Shown: positions 9,311 to 20,235 of the stretch, one piece after another
How the letters are laid out: the number at the start of each line of letters is the position of its first letter
Position numbering within the stretch: the first letter of the stretch is position 1
Assembly (NCBI GenBank): GCA_045646345.1
Contig: JAZRKN010000011.1
Location: 1 to 64,000, forward strand
DNA: 64,000 bases
Direction of reading: 5' to 3'
Origin: Candidatus Scatovivens sp.
Lineage (GTDB): Bacteria; Bacillota; Clostridia; TANB77; CAG-508
Notes under the pieces: model-generated
Told to the model about the DNA's origin: nothing
Databases searched by the model: none
What the model saw: the letters and a program-made list of their open reading frames with translations, nothing else
Program-made: the position numbers and the translations under genes

Positions 9311-11188
9311 ATGAAATATGATGCTGGAAAATATGATATAGCAGTCATTGGAGCAGGGCATGCTGGTTGTGAAGCAGCTCTTGCTGCAGCTAGATTAGGT
9401 ATGAAGACATTATTGTTTTCTATTAGTTTAGAGTGTATTGCTAACATGCCATGTAATCCTCATATAGGAGGAACATCAAAAGGTCATCTTGTAAGAGAGA
9501 TAGATGCTCTTGGTGGAGAAATGGGAAAAAATATAGATAAAACAATGATTCAACTTAGAATGTTGAATACTTCAAAAGGGCCTGCTGTACACTCTTTAAG
9601 AGCACAAGCTGATAGAAAAAGATATCAAGCTGAAATGAAATATACTCTTGAAAAACAAGAGAATTTATTTGTAAAACAAGCAGAAATTGTTGACATTCAA
9701 GTAGAAGATGGAAAAGTAAAAGCGATAGAAACAAATTTAGGCGCAATTTATAATGTAGATTGTGTTATTTTAGCGACAGGAACATATTTAAAAGGAAAAA
9801 TTTTTATAGGAGAAGCATCTTATGAAAGTGGTCCAGATGGGGTTGCTGCTGCAAATCAATTATCTGAGTGTTTAAAAAAATTAGGTATAGAAATTCAAAG
9901 ATTTAAAACAGGAACACCAGCTAGAATTAATAAAAAAAGTATTGATTTTACAAAAATGGAAATTCAAGAAGGAGAGACTGATTTAGTTCCGTTTTCATTT
10001 GAAGATAAAATGCCCGATATTGAACAAATTCCATGTTGGCTTACATACACAAATGAAAGAACACATGAGATAATAAGAAAAAATCTTCACAGATCTCCGT
10101 TATATGCTGGAGAAATTGAAGGAACAGGACCTAGATATTGTCCGTCTATAGAAGATAAAGTAGTAAGATTTGCAGATAAAGAGAGACATCAAATATTTGT
10201 TGAACCTGTTGGGTTAGATACAAATGAAATGTATATACAAGGAATGAGTTCATCTCTTCCAGAAGATGTGCAAATAGCAATGTATAGAACACTTCCGGGA
10301 TTAGAGAATTGCGAATTTACAAGACCAGCCTATGCGATTGAATATGATGCTATAGAACCGTCTCAATTAAAAAGTTCTTTAGAATTAAAAACAATAAGTG
10401 GAATGTTTTTTGCGGGACAAATTAATGGTACATCTGGTTATGAAGAAGCTGCATCACAAGGGTTAATTGCTGGAATAAATGCAGTTCAAAAAATTAAAGG
10501 TAAAAATCCTGTAATACTTGATAGATCTGATGCATACATTGGTGTTTTAATAGATGATATAGTAACAAAAAGCACCCAAGAACCATATAGAATGATGACT
10601 TCAAGAGCTGAATATAGATTATTATTAAGACAAGATAATGCAGATTTAAGATTAACAGAAATAGGGCATGAAATAGGATTAATATCTGATGAAAGATATG
10701 AGAGATTTCTGAAGAAAAAAGAAGAAATTGAAAAAGAAATTGAAAGATTGAAAACAACAAATGCAAAACCGAATGAAGAAACAAATAAATTTTTGAGAGA
10801 ACAAGGAACTTCTGAAATAACTGCAGGTACTAAGCTTGCAGAACTTTTGAAAAGAACGGAAATAACATATAAATCACTTGCTGCAATAGACAAGAAAAGA
10901 CCTGAGTTAGATAGACAAGTAACTGAAGAAGTAGAAATTATGGTTAAATATGATGGTTACATAGAAATGCAAAAAAGACAAGTAGAAGGATTTAAAAAAT
11001 TAGAGAAAAAACTTTTACCAGAAGACTTAGATTATAATACAGTAAAAGGTATTAGATTAGAAGCGAGACAAAAACTTAATAAATATAAACCATATTCAAT
11101 TGGACAAGCGTCAAGAATATCAGGCGTTTCTCCAGCTGATATATCAGTGTTATTAATATACTTAGAACAAGCAAAAAAGAAAAAATAA
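9311..11188 (+). CDS. mnmG: tRNA uridine-5-carboxymethylaminomethyl modification enzyme MnmG
   Basis: [34 protein letters not shown]. Confidence 0.98.
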   Translation: MKYDAGKYDIAVIGAGHAGCEAALAAARLGMKTLLFSISLECIANMPCNPHIGGTSKGHLVREIDALGGEMGKNIDKTMIQLRMLNTSKGPAVHSLRAQADRKRYQAEMKYTLEKQENLFVKQAEIVDIQVEDGKVKAIETNLGAIYNVDCVILATGTYLKGKIFIGEASYESGPDGVAAANQLSECLKKLGIEIQRFKTGTPARINKKSIDFTKMEIQEGETDLVPFSFEDKMPDIEQIPCWLTYTNERTHEIIRKNLHRSPLYAGEIEGTGPRYCPSIEDKVVRFADKERHQIFVEPVGLDTNEMYIQGMSSSLPEDVQIAMYRTLPGLENCEFTRPAYAIEYDAIEPSQLKSSLELKTISGMFFAGQINGTSGYEEAASQGLIAGINAVQKIKGKNPVILDRSDAYIGVLIDDIVTKSTQEPYRMMTSRAEYRLLLRQDNADLRLTEIGHEIGLISDERYERFLKKKEEIEKEIERLKTTNAKPNEETNKFLREQGTSEITAGTKLAELLKRTEITYKSLAAIDKKRPELDRQVTEEVEIMVKYDGYIEMQKRQVEGFKKLEKKLLPEDLDYNTVKGIRLEARQKLNKYKPYSIGQASRISGVSPADISVLLIYLEQAKKKK

Positions 11189-11249
11189 AACAGGAAAGAG
11201 GTAAATAATAATATTTTGTATTTGCCTCTTTTATAAAGGAAAATAAAAT

Positions 11250-11969
11250 ATGAATATAGATGAATTTAAAAAAGTATTTTTGGAAGAAGCAAATAAGAAT
11301 AATATAGAAGTGAATAATGAAGAGTTAGAAAAATTATATAAATATATGATTGGGATTATAGAGTGGAATGATAAAGTTAATGTTACAGCAATAACAGAAG
11401 AAAAATTGTTTATCGTGAAACACTTTATTGATTCACTACTTATAAATCACTATTTGCAAGGAAAAAAGAGCGTTATAGACATTGGAACTGGTGGTGGTTT
11501 TCCTGGAATTCCATTAAAAATATTAAACAAAGAGACGAAATTTACATTAATAGATTCTGTAAATAAGAAATTAAATGTTATTAGAGATTTGTCTGAAAAG
11601 ATAGAATTAGAAAATTTGGAGATTATCCATACAAGAGCTGAAGATTTAGCGAGCAAAAATGAGTACAGAGAAAAATACGATGTTGCTACAACAAGAGCTG
11701 TATCAAGTCTTTCAACAATTTTAGAATATATGCTTCCGTTTGTTAAAGTAGGGGGAATTGCAGTATGTATGAAAGGTCCTAATTACAAAGAGGAATTGGA
11801 GGAAGCAAAAAAAGCAATTGAAATTTTAGGTGGAAAATTTGAACATATAGAAACTTTTAATCTCGAAGGTGAGATGGAGAGAAATGTTGTTATTATAAAA
11901 AAAGTAAAAAACACACCTAATAAATTTCCGAGAGGACAAGGAAAACCTTTAAGAGAGCCGATTAGATAA
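11250..11969 (+). CDS. rsmG: 16S rRNA m7G527 methyltransferase RsmG
   Basis: KHFIDSL, DIGTGGGFPGIPL, RAED, TRAV, TPNKFPR. Confidence 0.96.
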   Translation: MNIDEFKKVFLEEANKNNIEVNNEELEKLYKYMIGIIEWNDKVNVTAITEEKLFIVKHFIDSLLINHYLQGKKSVIDIGTGGGFPGIPLKILNKETKFTLIDSVNKKLNVIRDLSEKIELENLEIIHTRAEDLASKNEYREKYDVATTRAVSSLSTILEYMLPFVKVGGIAVCMKGPNYKEELEEAKKAIEILGGKFEHIETFNLEGEMERNVVIIKKVKNTPNKFPRGQGKPLREPIR

Positions 11970-11998
11970 GAATGTTGCATGTGCAACATTCTTTTTTT
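11968..11998 (+). terminator. Palindrome after rsmG: terminator-like hairpin whose core is a parS-like 16-mer
   Basis: AAGAATGTTGCA-TG-TGCAACATTCTT plus T run. Core 11973-11988 TGTTGCATGTGCAACA versus parS consensus TGTTNCACGTGAAACA. Confidence 0.65.
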
Positions 11999-12164
11999 AT
12001 TAAACCAGATGGGTTATGATTTTTTTAATATATTATAATAAGGAATAAATTGTTTTAAAAGTTTTTGAAATGAATTGACATATTAAAAAAATTTTTATAT
12101 TATAATAGGGTAAATTTTGCTTAAAAAAGAAAACATAAATAAAAATCATAAGGAGGGATTTACT

Positions 12165-12950
12165 TTGGGAAGAGTAATATCAATTGCCAATCAAAAAGGT
12201 GGAGTAGGAAAGACAACAACAGCAGTTAATTTGAGTACTATCTTGGCAAAAAAAGGAAAAAAAGTAATGTTAATAGATGCAGATCCTCAAGGTAATGCGT
12301 CTAGCGGTTTAGGACTAGAAAAAGAAGTAGAAAATTCTTTATACGATGTGTTGATAAATGATGTGGATTTAATGTCTACATTACAAGATACATGTGTTAA
12401 AACATTGAAAGTATGTCCTTCAAATATGGACTTAGCAGGAGCTGAGGTTGAACTTGTTTCTCAAATGTCTAGAGAACAAAGATTAAAAGAAAAAGTAGAT
12501 GCTGTAAGAGATGACTTTGATTATATTATAATTGATTGTCCACCATCACTTGGATTGATAACACTAAATGCGTTTACTGCTTCAAATTCTGTTTTGATTC
12601 CTGTACAATGTGAATATTATGCATTAGAAGGTCTTGGACAACTTCTTAATACAATTAATTTGGTAAAAAAACATCTAAACAAAGGTTTGGAGGTTGAAGG
12701 TGCTGTTCTTACAATGTATGATATGAGAACAAATTTATCAAACCAAGTTGTAAAAGAAGTAAAAAGATATTTTGAAGATAAAGTTTATAAAACTGTAATT
12801 CCTAGAAATATAAAATTAAGTGAGGCACCAAGTTTTGGAATGCCAATTACTTTATATGATGCAAAGTCAAAGGGCGCAAGAGCTTATGAGAAGCTAGCTA
12901 GAGAAGTTTTGAAAAATGATGAAATAAGAAGTAAAGGTGAGGAGGAATAA
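12165..12950 (+). CDS. parA: Chromosome partitioning ATPase ParA/Soj
   Basis: NQKGGVGKTTT, DADPQGNA, DCPPSLG, PVQCEYYALEG. Likely start TTG 12165 after AGGAGG; TTGACA(12075)-17bp-TATTAT promoter upstream. Confidence 0.97.
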   Translation: MGRVISIANQKGGVGKTTTAVNLSTILAKKGKKVMLIDADPQGNASSGLGLEKEVENSLYDVLINDVDLMSTLQDTCVKTLKVCPSNMDLAGAEVELVSQMSREQRLKEKVDAVRDDFDYIIIDCPPSLGLITLNAFTASNSVLIPVQCEYYALEGLGQLLNTINLVKKHLNKGLEVEGAVLTMYDMRTNLSNQVVKEVKRYFEDKVYKTVIPRNIKLSEAPSFGMPITLYDAKSKGARAYEKLAREVLKNDEIRSKGEEE

Positions 12951-12952
12951 AT

Positions 12953-13795
12953 ATGGCAGCTAAAAAAACTGGATTAGGAAAAGGATTGGATGCATTATTT
13001 AGTACTCCAATTGTAGAAGAAGTAAAACAAGAAGAATTAGTAAAAAAATTAAACATTAATGAAATTGAACCAAATAAAGCACAAGCAAGAAAAATTTTTG
13101 ATGATGAAGCTATAGAAGATTTATCAAACTCAATTAAGGAATATGGTGTAATACAACCAATTATAGTAAGTAAAAAAGAAAATTACTATGAAATAATTGC
13201 TGGAGAAAGAAGATGGAGAGCATCTAAAAGAGCTGGACTTACTGAAATACCAGCAATTGTAAGAGAAGATGATGAACAAAGAAATAAAGAAATTTCATTA
13301 ATCGAAAATATTCAAAGAGAAGATTTAAATCCAATTGAAAAAGCAAGAGGTATAAAACTTTTAATGGACGAACACTCTCTTACACAGCAACAAGTTGCTG
13401 AAAAATTAGGAAAAAGCAGAAGTAGTATTGCAAATACAGTAAGAATATTAAATTTAGATGAAAGAGTAATAAATTTAGCTTTAGAGGGGAAACTAACTGA
13501 AGGACATTGCAAATCATTGATGTCAATTGATGATCCAGAAAGACAATATAATATGGCTTTATATATTATAGAATCAGGAGATTCTGTAAGAGAAGCTGAA
13601 AAGAAAATGAAAGTAAGAAAAAAAGCTAGTAAAAAGAATGATAAATATATACCAATATATAGAGATATAGAAGACAAATTCCAAGGATTTTTTGGAACTA
13701 AAGTAAAGCTAGATGCAGGAGAAAGAAAAGGAAAAATTATTATTCAATACAATTCTAATGATGATTTAGAGAGAATTTTAGGTTTAATAAAATAA
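12953..13795 (+). CDS. parB: Chromosome partitioning protein ParB/Spo0J
   Basis: GLGKGLDAL, IIAGERRWRA, ENIQREDLNPIE, HTH GKSRSSIAN, EGH. Confidence 0.97.
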   Translation: MAAKKTGLGKGLDALFSTPIVEEVKQEELVKKLNINEIEPNKAQARKIFDDEAIEDLSNSIKEYGVIQPIIVSKKENYYEIIAGERRWRASKRAGLTEIPAIVREDDEQRNKEISLIENIQREDLNPIEKARGIKLLMDEHSLTQQQVAEKLGKSRSSIANTVRILNLDERVINLALEGKLTEGHCKSLMSIDDPERQYNMALYIIESGDSVREAEKKMKVRKKASKKNDKYIPIYRDIEDKFQGFFGTKVKLDAGERKGKIIIQYNSNDDLERILGLIK

Positions 13796-13807
13796 GGAAG
13801 TGGTATA

Positions 13808-14329
13808 ATGGAAAATCTTTTACAAGTCTTGAAAACAGAGGAGTTTATGATAATTTCTTTTGTTATAAATATAGTTCTTGTTATAGTTACTTTAATTAAT
13901 GTAGTTATGTTAACAAAGGTTAATAAGAAATATATAAAATTCATGAAACAACTTGGGAATGGTAACAATTTAGATGAAATGTTAAGAAATTATTTAAGAG
14001 ATGTTAAAGAAATAAAGCAAGATAATGCAGAAATTAAAGCTTATTACACAAAATTAGATAGTGATTTAACATCTTGCATACAAAAAGTTGGATTAGTAAG
14101 ATATAATGCGTTTAGAGATGTAGGAAGCGATTTAAGTTTTGCTATAGCATTATTAGATGGAAATGATACAGGTGTTGTTTTGAATGGATTATATGGTTCA
14201 GATTCATCAAACATTTATGCAAAACCTATAAAAAGAGGTACATCAACATACCAATTATCTGATGAAGAAAAATATGCATTAGAAATTGCAGAACAAACAA
14301 AAAATTTTGTAGCTAAAAATAGATTATAA
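13808..14329 (+). CDS. DUF4446 family membrane-anchored protein
   Basis: N-terminal TM; QKVGLVRYNAFRDVGSDLSFAIALLD..G..YAKP..LSDEE; usual neighbour of clostridial spo0J. Confidence 0.85.
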   Translation: MENLLQVLKTEEFMIISFVINIVLVIVTLINVVMLTKVNKKYIKFMKQLGNGNNLDEMLRNYLRDVKEIKQDNAEIKAYYTKLDSDLTSCIQKVGLVRYNAFRDVGSDLSFAIALLDGNDTGVVLNGLYGSDSSNIYAKPIKRGTSTYQLSDEEKYALEIAEQTKNFVAKNRL

Positions 14330-14353
14330 AACAAAAAATAAGTAAAAATTTTT

Positions 14354-14377
14354 AAGAGGCGAGAAGCCTCTTTTTTT
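14354..14377 (+). terminator. Intrinsic terminator of the par operon
   Basis: AAGAGGC-GAGAA-GCCTCTT followed by a T run. Confidence 0.75.
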
Positions 14378-15375
14378 ATGTTTTATGTGCTAGAAAACAA
14401 ATTATACTATGAGCAACAATAAAATGTCTTAAAATTGATTTTCACGCTTTAAAAATACATATAAATTTTATATAAAAAGTGAAAAATTTTTTAAAATATG
14501 TGAAAGAAAATTAAAAAAAAGAAATTTTTATATAAAAAATATGGTGTGGATAAAAAAAATAAAATGTAGAATTTTTTTATTTTTTTTAAATAAATTAAAA
14601 ATAAATTGTAAAAAAATAAGTAGAAAATATAAAAAATAATAAATTTAGTTAAAAAATATATAAAAAGATAATAAAATAATAAAAATATCCAAAAAATAAA
14701 ATAATATTTTTTTGTTTTTGGGATGCTATATAGAAATTATATAAATTTTAAAAAAGTAAAAAAAGCTTTAAATCAATGCTTTTAGGGTGTGGAAAAAATA
14801 AAATAAGAAAAAAATAAAATTATAAAAAAGAGAAAATATATAAAAAGCGTATTAAAAAATTGAAATAATTATGTTTTTAACAAAAATTTTTAAGAATTTT
14901 ATAAAAATTAAGAAAAAATAAGAAAAAAATATTTTGAAAAAAATATAGAAGTGAGAAATACCAAGGAGAATCCGCTTTTTTAGAAAAGAAAAAAATAAAT
15001 AAAAATATTTTTATTTTTGCTAAAATTGGAATAAAAAACAAAAAAATATACTATTTAAATTATTTATTTTTAATTTTAATATTGTATTTTTTTAAAAAAG
15101 ATATATTTATTTAATAAAAATATAAAAAATAAATAAAAAAATAGAAATTTTTTATATTTTAAAAATCTTGAATATAACAGATTTAAAAAGACTGAAAAAT
15201 AAAGGGTTTGATGTATGTGGAAAAATATTTTTCTTAATTTTGAAGGGATTTTAATATAATTTACTTATTTTTTAAAAAAATTGAAAAAATATCTTAATAT
15301 AAAGAGGTAAAAGACATGAAAATTTATAAATTTTTGATCAAAAATAAAAGATTTTTTAAAAAACAAAAAAATTTG

Positions 15376-15405
15376 TTGACAAAGTAAATAGTAATATGCT
15401 AATAT
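15376..15405 (+). promoter_or_regulatory. SigA-type promoter for the tRNA-Ser pair
   Basis: TTGACA 15376-15381 and extended -10 TGcTAATAT 15397-15405. Confidence 0.7.
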
Positions 15406-15433
15406 ATATGTGTTGTTGATGAAACAGCCAAGT

Positions 15434-15525
<92 letters not shown>

Positions 15526-15528
15526 AAG

Positions 15529-15565
15529 AAATGGAAGCTGAATCATATTTTTAGCTTCCATTTTT
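15529..15565 (+). terminator. Terminator-like hairpin between the two tRNAs
   Basis: AAATGGAAGCTGAA...TTAGCTTCCATTTTT. Confidence 0.6.
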
Positions 15566-15594
15566 AAATATATATGAGAAAATTTAACTATTTT

Positions 15595-15687
15595 GGAGAT
15601 TTACCCAAGTGGTTGAAGGGGACGGTTTGCTAAACCGTTAGGGTTGCGTAAGTGGCCGCGAGGGTTCAAATCCCTCAATCTCCGCCA
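15595..15687 (+). tRNA. tRNA-Ser(GCU)
   Basis: GGAGATT/AATCTCC acceptor stem, ACGGT-TTGCTAA-ACCGT anticodon arm, long variable arm, GGTTCAAATCC, GCCA end. Confidence 0.97.
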
Positions 15688-15717
15688 AAAGACAGCTGAT
15701 AAGGCTGTCTTTTTTTG
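15687..15717 (+). terminator. Intrinsic terminator after tRNA-Ser(GCU)
   Basis: AAAAGACAGCT-GATAA-GGCTGTCTTTTTTT. Confidence 0.8.
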
Positions 15718-18700
15718 TTATAAAAACAATCGAAAGAATTATTTATTTTTGCTAAAATGAATGAAAATAAGTATGTGGAAAAGTATAACAAAAGCTACAA
15801 TTTCAATGCTTTGAGAGGAAAAAGAAAAAGTAGGGTGTTAATAAAATTTTTTAACAAATTTGGGGTTATTTTTCTTTTAAAATTTAAGCTTTTTTTGGGC
15901 ACAAAAAATACGAAAAAATTTTTTTCTGTTTTTTTATTAAAAAGGAAAAAAATGGTTAATTTTTATAAAAAAATAGTAATTTTTAGTAAAAATTAACTAA
16001 AAATTATGAAAAAATTGATTTTTAAATTATATTTAGAGAAGCAAATTTATTAAAAAATAAAAGAAAAAAATTAATATAATTTATAAAAATGCTGAAAAAT
16101 CAATCTTTTTTTTAAATGAAGACAAAAAAATATTTTTTATATTTATTTTTTTTGAAGTCAAAAATTCTAAAAATCAAATATTTTATTAAAAAACTTTATA
16201 AAATATAACAAAAAAGCTTTAAAAAAAGTTAAAATATAGTTTTTTTTATTATATTTTTGAAGAAAATATAGAACTCAAAAAGGAGCAAAGCCTTTGGCTA
16301 CAAAAGAATTAAGGAAAATGTGAATGGAATTTTTAAAAATTATAGACTTATAAAAAATCAAAAAAATAAAAAAATTTATTTTTTAAAATGAAAATTTAGG
16401 TTTTTTTTATAAATATTGATAAAAAAATGTACAAATTTGTGTTTTTTTTATAAAAATACTAAAAAAAATAATGCAAAAGTATAAGATTTTTTTAGAAAAT
16501 TCAAAGATAAATCGTTTTATAATAATGCGAAAAGCCTTTAAATAGAGAGTTTGATGAATTGCCGTTAAAAATAAAAAATAGAAATTTTACGATTTTTTAG
16601 AAATTAAAATATAATTTTTTGGAGCTGTAATCGAAGAAAAATTATAAATTTTTTTGAAAAAGTGGGGATAAAAAAGAGATTTTTTTATAAAAATGACAAG
16701 ATAATTTGAAAATAAAAAGCTTGCGAGGATTGAAAATTAGGCATTTTTATATTAAAAACATGAAATTATATTAATGAATAAAATAAAATTATAAAATTTT
16801 GTATTATTAAGGAGATTAAAATAGAAAAAATATAAAAATGTTAATAAATTTGTAGAAAATTGTTTTATAAAAATAATAAAAATAAAAGATTAATAAGTCA
16901 AAAATTTATAATAAATTAAAGAAAAAAATTTAATTTTTAACTAAAAAAATTGAATTAAAAACATGGTATTATGAGTATAAAAAATAGAAAATAAAAGACG
17001 GGAAATAGTTGGGAAATAAAGAGTATAGAAAAAGTATTTTTTATATTTTAAAAACAAAAATTATGAGAAAAAAATAAAGCAAAAAAGAAGAAATATCTAA
17101 AAGTATAAATTAAAAAAATAAATTTAGAATATAAAAAAATATATAGATCTAAAAACAAAAAAATATAATTTTTTATTTTTTAAAAATTAATAAAAATAAA
17201 AAAAATCGAAGTAATTTTTTTTAAAAATAAAAAATAATTAGAATGAAAAAATATATAAAAAATAAAAATGCAGTAATAGCAAGCAAAAGAAGCTTTTTTG
17301 CCAAAAAGCAAAAAATATATTAATAAAAATAGCGATAATAAAAAATAAGAAAAAAGAAATTTAAAAGAATATGAAAATGTGATGTATTTTAGTTTCAATT
17401 TTTTATTTGAAATCTATTCAAAAAATATTAAAAAAAATATGAAAAAAGTGAAAATAAAAAAACGATAAAGCTCTGGGAAATAAAGGGTTGAAACATATTT
17501 TTGTACGATAAAAAATAGTGTACATAAAACAGTAAAATGTATGATTTTGATAGTGAAAAATTTCAAAAATTTAGCTAAAAATTTTGAAAAAAATATCGAA
17601 AAAAAACATGAAAAAAAGTAAAAAAATATTAATTTTTTTATAAAAAAATTAAATATTAAAAAAGTTTTTTTATAAAAAATGACGTAAAAATATAAAGAAA
17701 AATTTAAATGTATAAATCAAAAAATAAAAAACACTGTAATTTCAATGCTTTGATGCTTTTTGTTTAAAAATATAGGTAATCTAAACGTTTTTTGTGTGAT
17801 CCAAAAATAAATAAAAAATGAAAGAAAAAAATATATATGTAAAAAGTTTTTTTTATAAGAAAATTCAAGCTTTTTAATAATAAAAATTAGCTATTTTTTA
17901 TTATTAAAAAATAGCATTTAAAAATGGCTGTAACTCCTGGGAAATAAAGATAATAAGGGGTGAAAAAATGCTCGAAAAATAATAAAAAAAATAATATAAA
18001 ATTTGGCTAAAAATTACTGTTTTTTTGAATAAAAAAATAGTAAAAAAATGAATAAAAAAATAGTTTTTTTATTTTATTTTATTAAAAAATGATAAATAAT
18101 TTCATGATAAAATTAGTTTTTTTAAAAAAATTAACGATAGAAAAAAACACTACATAATAGTCGAAAAAAATCTTTCTCTTGGTGCTCTAAACAAATCGGG
18201 AAAAAATATGTTTTTTTGACTGTATTAAGGTACATTTTAAATTCTATAAAAAATTAGAAACTTAAATTTGATAATTTTTAAATTTTTTGTATAAAAAATG
18301 AAAGAAATTTTCTCTTCAAAATAGTTGTTTTTTGTGTACTAGAAAAATGGGCAAAAAGCTTGGGAAATATAAGATTTGAAAGACGAAAAATAGATGTTTT
18401 TTTAAACACAAAAAATTACTTATTTTTATTAAAAAATTATTCAAAAAAATGACAAAAAAGACTATAAAAAATGAAAAAAATCTTTTTTAAAATGTACTTT
18501 TTTTCTTTAAAATTTAGATAAATTTATTTAAATAATTTTTATATTTATAAAAAACAGATTAAGAAAATAATAAAAAAAGTTATAAAATAACCTGTAATGG
18601 CTGATATATATAGGTATTTAGGCTTTTGATATAAAAATGAAGAAAAAGTCTTTTTTTAATTAAAAAATTAGAAATGTACAGAATATATAGATTAACTAAT

Positions 18701-20132
18701 TGGGGATTATTTTCTCAAAAAAATATAAATTAATTTGAAAAAATATAACTAAAAAATAGAAGAAATTATGATAAAAAACTATACAAAAAAATTTTTTAAA
18801 AGTATGGGAAATAAAGGGTTTGAAAGAATAAAAAATAATATTTTTTTATTAAAAAAATACACGTTTTTTTGGAAGTTTTTTTATAAAAAAAACAACGAAA
18901 AAATGTCTAAAAATGTATGAGAGAAAAATATAAAAAACTGAAATTTTTGATTTTCTTTTTCTTATAAAATATAAGAATATCGTGTTTTAAAATAGAAAAA
19001 TAAAAAAGTAGAGTATAAAAAAATTTAATATTTATATATAAGAAACATCTAAAACTTGATTTTAATAGGTTTTTGGAGGATTTTATGTTTTTTTGATTAT
19101 TTAAGAATTTATTGTATAAAAAGATAAAAAAATTAAAATTTTAAAGAAAAGGTAGATTAAAAGTGGAAAATATTTTGTACTTATTTTATAAAAATGATTA
19201 ATAAATATTTGATTAAATATACAAAATTATATAAAAAAAGTGGTGCGTAGTATAGTAAAAATATTGATTTTTTTATCTTATATATACCTTGGGATAGAAG
19301 GGATTAAATGAAAAAAATAAATGCAAGAAAATTAGAATTTTTTATATTAAAACTTGAGTTATTTATTAAAAGATATTATATATGTTAATCTTAAATTTAA
19401 ATAAAAAAAATGTAAAAATATGACATTTTGTTTTTTAAAAAAAATATAAAAAATAAAATAAATAATAAATTTTTTTAATGAAAATTAAGAAAAAAAATCA
19501 TTTTATTATAAAAATATAACTTGGATATAATTTTTATTGTAATTTTTATAATAAAAATTATAATTTGCTTAGATTTTGAAAAAAATCAAATCCTTTTAGC
19601 TGTAGCTTTTGATACTAAATTTATATAAGAATCGACTTTTTAAACCAAATTTAGAATGATAAAGAATCTGAAAACGAAAAATTGGATATAAGAACGGTTG
19701 ATTTTAAATTGATTAATGTAATATTATAAAAAAAGTATAATTGTATTGGCAATAAAACAATTGTATTTTAAATATAAATAATCCAAAAAATATGTTTTTT
19801 TAGATAAAAATTAATTCTCGCAAAGCACAGGGAAATAAAAGGAAGAACATTTTTTTAATAATATTAATATGTGATCGACATGAATTAACATAATTCATAA
19901 TGTATAAACTAAAAGGAGATTCATAAAAGAGTAAAAAATATTTTTGTATTGTAATAATTTATATAAAAAGGATATAAATTTTATTGTGAAGAAAAATGAA
20001 AAAAATAAAAAAATGAAAATTAAAAAAATTTTTTGAATTTATAAAAAATTATCATAATGAATTTAATATATGTTAATAATAATTTATTTTAAATGATAAT
20101 AAATAAAATAATAAATAATGATTTAATATAAT

Positions 20133-20180
20133 AAAACAGGCGATTGAAAATCGATTTTAAAGCGATTTTAATTGCCTGTT
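20133..20180 (-). terminator. Hairpin terminator downstream of the CoA-activase gene
   Basis: AACAGGCGATT-G-AAAATCG...CGATTTT-AATTGCCTGTT inverted repeat with a T tail on the minus strand. Confidence 0.6.
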
Positions 20181-20235
20181 CATAAACGTATTCGAATTTA
20201 TATAATTTTTGCTTAAAATTGATTTTAAGGCAAAA

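Noticed and set aside
15757-15996. 79-aa plus-strand ORF in the AT-rich tract
   Set aside because: K/F/N-rich translation of A/T runs, no RBS, overlaps a motif copy and a DnaA box; probably spurious.
17180-17398. 72-aa minus-strand hydrophobic ORF
   Set aside because: F/I/L content simply reflects poly-T on that strand; no RBS or motif.
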